Below, piece after piece: positions 1 to 10,193 of a stretch of DNA of 32,000 nucleotides. Made by a program: the position numbers and the translations under genes. Origin of the DNA: an uncultured Alistipes sp. (GTDB lineage: Bacteria > Bacteroidota > Bacteroidia > Bacteroidales > Rikenellaceae). Location: assembly GCF_963931675.1 (NCBI RefSeq), contig NZ_OZ007039.1, positions 497,657 to 529,656 on the forward strand, given 5' to 3'. Each line of letters starts with the position of its first letter. Positions within the stretch are counted from its first letter, which is position 1. The notes under the pieces are model-generated. The model made no database searches and was not told the origin of the DNA. It saw nothing but the letters and a program-made list of their open reading frames with translations.

Positions 1-1
1 C

Positions 2-799
2 GGAGCGGTGATTCGCCCGGTGGTCTCGTCGATCGAGAACGGCTTCGCGCTGCCGCCGATCGAGGAGTTCGAGAAACTGATCAACGAACGTACCCGGGGC
101 ATCCTGATCTGCAATCCCAACAACCCGACGGGTTACCTCTATACGCGACGGGAGATGAACCAGATCCGCGATCTGGTCAAGAAATACGACCTGTTCCTCT
201 TCTCGGACGAGGTCTACCGCGAATTCATCTATACGGGTTCGCCCTACATCTCGGCGTGCCATCTCGAAGGGATCGAGCAGAACGTCGTGCTGATCGACTC
301 GGTGTCGAAACGCTACTCGGAGTGCGGCATCCGCATCGGGGCGCTGATCACCAAAAACCGGCAACTGCGCGACGCGGTGATGAAATTCTGCCAGGCGCGC
401 CTTTCGCCCCCGTTGATCGGACAGATCATCGCCGAGGCGTCGATCGACGCCCCGCGGTCGTACAGCACGGAGGTCTACGAGGAGTACATCGAACGGAGGA
501 AGTGCCTGATCGACGGTCTGAACCGCATTCCGGGGGTCTACTCGCCGATTCCGATGGGGGCATTCTACACGGTGGCGCGGCTGCCGGTAGACGACAGCGA
601 CAGGTTCTGCGCCTGGTGCCTGGAGCACTTCGAATATGAGGGCGAAACAGTGATGATGGCTCCGGCTTCGGGATTCTATTCCGACCCGGGGTGCGGGCGC
701 AACGAGGTGCGCATCGCCTATGTGCTGAAGAAGGAGGACCTGGAACGCGCCCTGTTCCTCTTGAGCAAGGCCCTCGAAGCCTACAACAACCGGGCATAG
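2..799 (+). CDS. PLP-dependent class I/II aminotransferase (AspC-like), 5'-truncated by window edge
   Basis: The frame of ORF 8..799 stays open to the window edge. It contains the NPNNPTG and SVSKRYSECGIRIG (PLP-lysine region) motifs typical of fold-type I aminotransferases. Confidence 0.85.
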   Translation, partial: GAVIRPVVSSIENGFALPPIEEFEKLINERTRGILICNPNNPTGYLYTRREMNQIRDLVKKYDLFLFSDEVYREFIYTGSPYISACHLEGIEQNVVLIDSVSKRYSECGIRIGALITKNRQLRDAVMKFCQARLSPPLIGQIIAEASIDAPRSYSTEVYEEYIERRKCLIDGLNRIPGVYSPIPMGAFYTVARLPVDDSDRFCAWCLEHFEYEGETVMMAPASGFYSDPGCGRNEVRIAYVLKKEDLERALFLLSKALEAYNNRA

Positions 800-821
800 T
801 CCGGAGGCTTCCCCAATATCG

Positions 822-853
822 AAACGGTTCCCGGATCCGGGAGCCGTTTTTTT
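822..853 (+). terminator. Intrinsic terminator after the aminotransferase gene
   Basis: AAACGGTTCCCGG / CCGGGAGCCGTTT palindromic stem (one G-U pair) followed by a T-run. It lies 23 nt after the stop codon. Confidence 0.75.
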
Positions 854-928
854 GTTGCGGAAGGCATCGGGCGAATCGGCCAAAGCTATACCATATATTC
901 CAATTTTTACGAATTTCAGACCAAAAAG

Positions 929-960
929 TTTGGCCCGCGGGGATAGTTTTTATACTTTTG
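929..960 (+). promoter_or_regulatory. Bacteroidetes-type promoter (-33 TTTG / -7 TACTTTTG) for the FadL-like gene
   Basis: TTTG at 929-932, a 20-nt spacer, then TACTTTTG at 953-960. This matches TTTG-N19-21-TAnnTTTG and lies 53 nt upstream of the ATG at 1014. Confidence 0.55.
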
Positions 961-1013
961 CCCCCGATTTTGCGTGTCGTGAGACCCGCCCAATAGAAAC
1001 CAAACCATTGATT

Positions 1014-2495
1014 ATGAAAAAACTTCTCCTTGTTTTGGCTGCCACAGCCATTGCCATGGGGGCATTTGCCGAAGGGTACCAGGTCAACAACTTTTCGGCT
1101 CGTCAGGCCGGTATGGCCAACGTCGGAACCGCGATGAAACTCGGTTCGGAGTCCATCTATTTCAACCCGGCCGCCACGGCTTTCCAAACCTCGAAATTCA
1201 ACATTTCGCTCGGTGCGACGGGTATCCTCTCGTCGGTTACGGCCTCGACGCTTCCCGGCCTCGACAACGGCTACGTGAGCGAACTGCAGGAGACCTCGGA
1301 CAACAAGATGTCGACCCCGCTGCACATGTATATCAACTACAAACCGTCGGACCGTTGGGCCGTAGGCCTGGGCTTCTACACGCCGGACGGCTCGTCGATG
1401 AACTGGGGCAGCAACTGGTCGGGAGCACACCTGATCCAGGAGATCAACCTGGCGGCCTATACGGTACAGCCGACGGTTTCGTTCAAGATCTGCGACCGGC
1501 TGTCGATCGGTGCGGGTCTGATGATCACGTGGGGCAACTTCGACCTGTCGCGTTCGCTGCTCTCGCAGGCGACCCGCCAGGGACTGATTACCGGAATGCT
1601 CGATCCGAATATCACCCAACTGACCGCCGCAATCGGCAGCGGAGCCCTCACGGGCGAGGAGCTTGCCCAGGCTCAGGCTACGCTGCAAATGCTCCAGCAG
1701 GGAAAAGGCTACCTGGAGAATACGATGGATCAATCGATCGTGTCGGCCAAGCTCTCGGGCAATGCCAATGTAGCCGTAGGCGTGAATGCCGGCATTCTGT
1801 GGGACATCAACGACCACTGGTCACTGGCGATGAGCTACCGCTCGCGGATGAACATGAAGGTGGACCGCGGCCGCGCCGTCATGAACATCGCTCCGGAAGC
1901 CGCGGCGCTGATCGAACAGCTCGGACAGCTAAGCAGCAATACGCAACTGATTCCGGCTCTCGACAAGGGGACGTTCCACACCGAACTGCCGTTGCCGACG
2001 ACCGTGACGTGGGGCGTGTCGTTCCGCCCGAACGCCAAGTGGCAGATGGCCGTCGACCTGCAGTGGATCGGCTGGTCGGCCTACAAGGACCTGAACGTTG
2101 CCTTCAACGAGACGGAGCTGGGTATCAAGGACATCTACTCGGTGAAGAACTACTCGAACACGTTGTCGGCGCGTTTCGGAGCGGAATACGAGGCGCTGGA
2201 CTGGCTGACGGCACGTGCGGGTATCTACTTCGACGAGAGCCCGGTGGACAGCAACTACCTGAATCCTGAAACGCCGTCGATGACGAAGATCGCCTACTCG
2301 CTGGGCGCCTCGTTCCAGTTGGCGCGGAGCCTGGCTCTCGACCTTGCATACTGCTACGTTTCGTCGGCGGATCCCGAGCGTACGGGCTCCTACCCGATCT
2401 ACGGCTATTCGAGCGGCCAGCTTGAAGAGGTCTTCACCCGCAACTACAAACTCCACGCCCACGTGCTTTCGTTCGGCATGCGGATCAGTTTCTGA
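1014..2495 (+). CDS. FadL/OmpP1/TodX-family outer-membrane transport protein
   Basis: The internal start MKKLLLVLAATAIAMGAFA is a signal peptide. The N-terminal GYQVNNFSARQAGMANVGTA...YFNPAA pattern is FadL-like, and the protein ends in a beta-barrel terminal Phe (GMRISF). The upstream 54 codons of ORF 852..2495 overlap the promoter and are discounted. Confidence 0.8.
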   Translation: MKKLLLVLAATAIAMGAFAEGYQVNNFSARQAGMANVGTAMKLGSESIYFNPAATAFQTSKFNISLGATGILSSVTASTLPGLDNGYVSELQETSDNKMSTPLHMYINYKPSDRWAVGLGFYTPDGSSMNWGSNWSGAHLIQEINLAAYTVQPTVSFKICDRLSIGAGLMITWGNFDLSRSLLSQATRQGLITGMLDPNITQLTAAIGSGALTGEELAQAQATLQMLQQGKGYLENTMDQSIVSAKLSGNANVAVGVNAGILWDINDHWSLAMSYRSRMNMKVDRGRAVMNIAPEAAALIEQLGQLSSNTQLIPALDKGTFHTELPLPTTVTWGVSFRPNAKWQMAVDLQWIGWSAYKDLNVAFNETELGIKDIYSVKNYSNTLSARFGAEYEALDWLTARAGIYFDESPVDSNYLNPETPSMTKIAYSLGASFQLARSLALDLAYCYVSSADPERTGSYPIYGYSSGQLEEVFTRNYKLHAHVLSFGMRISF

Positions 2496-2513
2496 AAGTT
2501 TGCAAAAAATTAC

Positions 2514-2556
2514 TATATTTGCGGAGCGCTTTGCAGGAAGTGCTCCGCAAATATTT
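2514..2556 (+). other. 13-bp perfect hairpin after the FadL-like gene, overlapping a TATATTTG -7-like box
   Basis: ATATTTGCGGAGC (2515-2527) pairs with GCTCCGCAAATAT (2542-2554) around a 14-nt loop. TATATTTG at 2514-2521 sits 37 nt ahead of the tRNA-Arg 5' end. Only TT follows the stem. Confidence 0.4.
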
Positions 2557-2557
2557 C

Positions 2558-2632
2558 GGCCTCATAGTTCAAGGGATAGAACGAGGGTTTCCTAAACCCT
2601 AAATTCGCGTTCGAGTCGCGGTGGGGCTACCA
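2558..2632 (+). tRNA. tRNA-Arg (anticodon CCT), CCA encoded
   Basis: Hand-folded cloverleaf. Acceptor GGCCTCA/TGGGGCT, D-stem GTTC/GAAC, anticodon stem AGGGT/ACCCT with loop TTCCTAA, T-arm TCGCG-TTCGAGT-CGCGG, then A-CCA. Confidence 0.9.
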
Positions 2633-2635
2633 GGA

Positions 2636-2734
2636 GGGGGGGGGCACGGAGAGGGCCGCAGAGAGGGCTACAAAGAATGGCCACGGAGAGACCCTCGGAG
2701 AAATGGCCACGGAAAAAAGATCACAGGGGGGGGG
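2636..2734 (+). repeat. G9 - 81-nt purine-rich spacer with 26-nt periodic repeats - G9
   Basis: G runs of exactly 9 at 2636-2644 and 2726-2734. AATGGCCACGGA occurs at 2676-2687 and 2702-2713. CACGGAGAG/CACGGAAAA occurs at 2645-2653, 2682-2690 and 2708-2716. Confidence 0.7.
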
Positions 2735-2794
2735 TAAAGCCTCTCCCTTTTCGGTTGCGGAGACGGGGCTGCCGCTCCGCAGCAAAAGGAATCG

Positions 2795-2818
2795 GGAGGT
2801 GAGGGCACCTCCTTTTTT
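2795..2818 (+). terminator. Intrinsic terminator closing the tRNA-Arg downstream region
   Basis: GGAGGTG-aggg-CACCTCC followed by TTTTTT. It is preceded by a bulged hairpin TGCGGAG-a-CGG...CCG-CTCCGCA at 2756-2781. Confidence 0.6.
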
Positions 2819-2831
2819 CATGAAATTTATC

Positions 2832-2839
2832 TATCTTTG
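2832..2839 (+). promoter_or_regulatory. -7 box TATCTTTG upstream of sdaA
   Basis: Matches TAnnTTTG and lies 22 nt upstream of the ATG at 2862. There is no clean -33 TTTG. Confidence 0.45.
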
Positions 2840-2861
2840 CGCCGTCAAGAACAGAGAAGAG

Positions 2862-4064
2862 ATGGAATCGCTGAAAGAACTCTACAAGATCGGGAACGGT
2901 CCTTCGAGCAGCCACACGATGGGTCCGAAACGGGCTGCGGAACGCTTTGCGGAGCGTTGCCGGGGGGTCGACGCCTACCGGGTCACGCTCTACGGTTCGC
3001 TGGCCGCGACGGGCAAGGGACACCTCACGGACGTGGCCATCCGCTCGGTACTGGAGCCCATTGCCCCGACCGAAATTGCCTGGAAACCCGAGATCACCCT
3101 CCCCTTCCACCCGAACGGAATGCTCTTCGAGGGGCTAAAGGAGGGTGTGACAGTCGATTCGTGGACGATCTACAGCATCGGCGGCGGGGCGCTGGCCAAC
3201 GAGACGTCGCGGCTGGAGGTTCCGCGAAGCATCTACCCGATGACGACAATCGCGGAGATCAAGGAGTGGTGCTACCGCGAGGGCAAGACCTACTGGGAGT
3301 ATGTGAACGATTGCGAAGGCCCCGAAATCTGGGACTATCTCGATACGATCTGGAGTTCGATGTGCGAGACGATCCAGCGGGGATTGAACAACGACGGGGT
3401 ACTTCCCGGGGGTCTGAAGGTGGCACGGAAGGCCTCGACCTACTTCGTAAAGTCGAAGAGCTATACGGGTTCGCTGGCTTCGCGGGCGAAGATCTACGCC
3501 TATGCGCTGGCGACCTCCGAGGAGAACGCCTCGGGCGGCATCGTGGTCACGGCTCCGACGTGCGGATCGAGCGGTGTGGTTCCGGCGGTGCTCTACCACC
3601 TGTCCACGTCGCGGGATTTCCTGCGGATCCGGATCCTGCGGGCGCTGGCCACGGCGGGGCTTTTCGGCAACGTGGCGAAGACGAACTCCTCGATTTCGGG
3701 TGCCGAGGTCGGGTGTCAGGGTGAGGTGGGCGTAGCGTGCGCCATGGCGGCCGCTGCGGCGTGCCAGCTCTTCGGCGGGACGCCCTCGCAGATCGAGTAC
3801 GCCGCCGAAATGGGGTTGGAACACCATCTGGGACTGACGTGCGATCCGGTTTGCGGGCTGGTTCAGGTTCCGTGCATCGAGCGGAACGCCATCGCGGCGG
3901 CCCGGGCCCTGGACGCGAACTTCTACGCGACGCTGTCGGACGGCGCCCACCTGGTCTCCTACGACAAGGTCGTGGAGGTGATGAACGAGACGGGCCACAA
4001 CCTGCCGAGTCTCTACCGGGAGACGGCCGAAGGGGGCCTTGCCAAGCGTTACGACCGCAAATAA
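2862..4064 (+). CDS. sdaA: L-serine ammonia-lyase (iron-sulfur-dependent L-serine dehydratase, single chain)
   Basis: Start MESLKELYKIGNGPSSSHTMGP, the characteristic N-terminal motif. TAPTCGSSG and the GLTCDP...VQVPCIERNA C-terminal motifs are present. Length is 400 aa. The upstream part of ORF 2703..4064 crosses a terminator and a promoter, so it is discounted. Confidence 0.9.
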   Translation: MESLKELYKIGNGPSSSHTMGPKRAAERFAERCRGVDAYRVTLYGSLAATGKGHLTDVAIRSVLEPIAPTEIAWKPEITLPFHPNGMLFEGLKEGVTVDSWTIYSIGGGALANETSRLEVPRSIYPMTTIAEIKEWCYREGKTYWEYVNDCEGPEIWDYLDTIWSSMCETIQRGLNNDGVLPGGLKVARKASTYFVKSKSYTGSLASRAKIYAYALATSEENASGGIVVTAPTCGSSGVVPAVLYHLSTSRDFLRIRILRALATAGLFGNVAKTNSSISGAEVGCQGEVGVACAMAAAAACQLFGGTPSQIEYAAEMGLEHHLGLTCDPVCGLVQVPCIERNAIAAARALDANFYATLSDGAHLVSYDKVVEVMNETGHNLPSLYRETAEGGLAKRYDRK

Positions 4065-4471
4065 TGGAGGCCCGGAACGGAAAGGTGCTTCTGAAATCGG
4101 CAGCCGTCTGGCTGGCCATCGTTCCGTGCGCGATTCTCAACGGCGCCTTGCGGGAAGGCGTGCTCCGTCCCATGCTGGGCGAGTCCGTTGCCCTGCCCGT
4201 CAGCGGGCTGTTGCTGATGGGCATCATCCTGCTGCTCTCCTGGCTGTTTATCCCGCGTCTGGGCACACAAGGCCATCCGATCCCCGCCTGGCGAATCGGA
4301 CTGTTGTGGTTTGTACTGACCGTTGCTTTCGAAACGGGTGCGGGCATTGCACAGGGAGCCGACCTCTCCGCGCTGCTCCACAACTACGACATGAGCCACG
4401 GCAACCTTTGGCCGCTTGTCGTTCTGTTCACCGGATGTGCCCCACGCCTGGCTCTCTGGCTCCGTCGTTAA
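4064..4471 (+). CDS. Small integral membrane protein (about 4 TM segments), unknown function
   Basis: MEARNGKVLLKSAAVWLAIVPCAIL... has four hydrophobic stretches. Its ATG overlaps the sdaA stop (TAATG at 4062-4066). Confidence 0.55.
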   Translation: MEARNGKVLLKSAAVWLAIVPCAILNGALREGVLRPMLGESVALPVSGLLLMGIILLLSWLFIPRLGTQGHPIPAWRIGLLWFVLTVAFETGAGIAQGADLSALLHNYDMSHGNLWPLVVLFTGCAPRLALWLRR

Positions 4472-4601
4472 ACCGCCCCACCCTCCTATCGCGCCGACCC
4501 GGGTCCTTCAGCCTGGCCCTCATCCACGACCCCACGGCATCCCACCCTCCGAATCGGTTCCTGAAACCGGGCCTTTTCGCATGGTCCGTCCACCACCATC
4601 C

Positions 4602-4609
4602 TTGTTTCG
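4602..4609. repeat. Target-site duplication TTGTTTCG (left copy)
   Basis: An identical 8-mer abuts the outer end of each inverted repeat (4602-4609 and 5783-5790). Confidence 0.85.
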
Positions 4610-4635
4610 GGTAATGATGCCAAAAGTGGTTGGTG
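4610..4635 (+). repeat. IS terminal inverted repeat (transposase-distal end)
   Basis: GGTAATGATGCCAAAAGTGGTTGGTG is the exact reverse complement of 5757-5782. Confidence 0.9.
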
Positions 4636-4647
4636 TCGTATTGGATC

Positions 4648-4679
4648 AAATGACCAGAATTGTACGATTCTGGTCATTT
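4648..4679 (-). other. 13-bp perfect hairpin enclosing the transposase stop codon
   Basis: AAATGACCAGAAT (4648-4660) pairs with ATTCTGGTCATTT (4667-4679) around a 6-nt loop. The stop codon at 4674-4676 lies inside the stem. Confidence 0.5.
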
Positions 4680-5669
4680 GCGTTTCTTAATAATTCCATC
4701 ATTGCTGTTCAGGAAAAGATACCACTTTACAAAGTCCTTAAAATGTTGTTCCGAGAGTCCACGATGGATTCTTAAATTATCCTTCAAGTGACCGAAGAAC
4801 GACTCAATAGAATTTGAAGATTTAGGTACATTAGGGTATCGCGTGTATGAAAACAGATCGGGTATGGCACGCTTGATATGCGAGACACTTCGATGCAGCA
4901 TCTTATGCGTAAACCACCATCTTCCCGACAGCTCATCTACGGTTTTTTCATTGATAAATGGTTCGTGTCGCCGATACCAGTCAATAAAAGCCCGTATCCA
5001 TAACTGTGCCTCATCATGTGTTTGTACTCCATTTAACAAGTGCACCAGTTCGAGGAGTTCCTGTGCCGCTACGGTCTGTGGTTTGCGTGTAATCCACGTC
5101 TCTATCTCTCGCGCTACATGTACCGTACAACGCTGCAAGATCGCCTCCGGACACACTTCCCGCACCGCTTTTATGATATTGGGAGATCCATCACAGGTGA
5201 CACTCTCAATTTGAATGCCGACATCGCGTATAGCCGTTAGGTCTGCTTTCAAATCCCGCAGCGTTTCACTCCTGGTTATGCGATAGAGGAGGGTCATCTT
5301 GATGTTGTGATCCCGATATACAACCAGACAAATCTTATTTGAGAAGTAGGTGCCGTCGATCAGAAGATTTACCTTCTCGCGTCGCTGTATCTGCCATAAA
5401 GGGCACTGGGGCAAGAGCCGATAGAAGTATCTTTTTAGGGTGCGTTCGCTGTATCCGCTCTCACTCGCAAGGTCACAAATACGCTGTTTACCGCGAACCC
5501 AACGCGCGAACCATATAAACTTGTTTTTATCGGAAATCCAGTCTCGACGATCCGTAAAATAGCTGCCACAATTCTTACAATAATAGCGGCTGCAACCGCT
5601 ACGAGTACCCCATTTTATTGTCTCTAAAAAGCCACAATGAGGACAGCGTATTTTTCGTTTTTTTGACAT
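4674..5669 (-). CDS. DDE transposase with N-terminal Zn-ribbon (IS256/Mutator-like core; family not resolved)
   Basis: 331 aa. N-terminal CPHCG...YYCKNCG zinc ribbon. LLIDGTYF, VTCDGSPNIIKAVREVCPEAILQRCTVHV and SSNSIESFFGHLK resemble the D, D, CxxH and N..E motifs of IS256-type transposases. Confidence 0.85.
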   Translation of the reverse strand: MSKKRKIRCPHCGFLETIKWGTRSGCSRYYCKNCGSYFTDRRDWISDKNKFIWFARWVRGKQRICDLASESGYSERTLKRYFYRLLPQCPLWQIQRREKVNLLIDGTYFSNKICLVVYRDHNIKMTLLYRITRSETLRDLKADLTAIRDVGIQIESVTCDGSPNIIKAVREVCPEAILQRCTVHVAREIETWITRKPQTVAAQELLELVHLLNGVQTHDEAQLWIRAFIDWYRRHEPFINEKTVDELSGRWWFTHKMLHRSVSHIKRAIPDLFSYTRYPNVPKSSNSIESFFGHLKDNLRIHRGLSEQHFKDFVKWYLFLNSNDGIIKKRK

Positions 5670-5670
5670 A

Positions 5671-5714
5671 AAAATAGAGATTAGTAGAAACCCGTTTCTA
5701 CTAATCTCTATTTT
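5671..5714 (-). promoter_or_regulatory. 20-bp perfect hairpin ending 1 nt before the transposase AUG
   Basis: AAAATAGAGATTAGTAGAAA (5671-5690) pairs with TTTCTACTAATCTCTATTTT (5695-5714) around loop CCCG. In the mRNA sense the 3' arm ends in UAUUUU, one nt ahead of the AUG at 5669-5667. Confidence 0.5.
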
Positions 5715-5756
5715 ATCCTTATAACTACCAAATATTATGTCGGTTACATTTTATAC

Positions 5757-5782
5757 CACCAACCACTTTTGGCATCATTACC
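5757..5782 (-). repeat. IS terminal inverted repeat (transposase-proximal end)
   Basis: Reverse complement of 4610-4635, 26/26 identical. Confidence 0.9.
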
Positions 5783-5790
5783 TTGTTTCG
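5783..5790. repeat. Target-site duplication TTGTTTCG (right copy)
   Basis: Identical to 4602-4609. Confidence 0.85.
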
Positions 5791-5804
5791 CAACCTTAGC
5801 CATA

Positions 5805-5841
5805 CAAAAAAATCCCCTCTCGAATCGAGAGGGGATTTTTT
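5805..5841 (-). terminator. Intrinsic (bidirectional) terminator downstream of rpoC
   Basis: ATCCCCTCTCG-aat-CGAGAGGGGAT flanked by an A-run on one side and a T-run on the other. It lies about 60 nt after the rpoC stop. Confidence 0.8.
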
Positions 5842-5899
5842 CATGCTGGCAGAAACCGGAAGCGCTCTCCGCTGGAGAGCTGGCCTCCAGTCACGGCCG

Positions 5900-10159
<4,260 letters not shown>

Positions 10160-10193
10160 ATCTGTTTTCGTTTACTTGTCCTCTTAAACAACC

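Larger units (their letters stand above)
4610..5782 (-). mobile_element. Intact insertion sequence, 1,173 bp, single transposase gene
   Basis: Perfect 26-bp terminal inverted repeats GGTAATGATGCCAAAAGTGGTTGGTG, 8-bp direct repeats, and one full-length transposase ORF. The element is visibly AT-rich (sampled lines 33-50 % GC) relative to its flanks. Confidence 0.92.

Noticed and set aside
426-1817. 463-aa minus-strand ORF spanning the aminotransferase end, its terminator, a promoter and the FadL-like gene start
   Set aside because: It crosses an intergenic region carrying a terminator and a promoter. Its composition is Arg/Pro/Gly-rich, typical of wrong-frame ORFs in GC-rich DNA. The sense-strand genes have clear family motifs.
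2636-2734. Possibility that the 26-nt periodic repeats are a small CRISPR array
   Set aside because: There are only two or three degenerate copies. The repeats are about 12-15 nt with roughly 11-nt spacers, there is no palindromic repeat structure, and no cas genes are nearby.
2703-2861. N-terminal extensions offered by the ORF track: sdaA from 2703, the FadL-like gene from 852, hisG from 24414, hisD from 25565, hisB from 28007, hisH from 28597, rpoB to 14186, rpmE to 21994, the lipoprotein to 21526, and the XRE regulator to 24469
   Set aside because: In each case the extension runs through a terminator, a promoter box or the preceding gene. An internal ATG gives the family-typical N-terminus or a signal peptide.
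4610-5782. Calling the IS a definite IS1-family member because its ends begin GGTAATGATGCCAA
   Set aside because: The resemblance to the IS1 termini covers only about 14 nt. The transposase has a long D-to-E spacing and a QRCxVH motif that fit IS256/Mutator-type enzymes better. The family is left open pending a database search.
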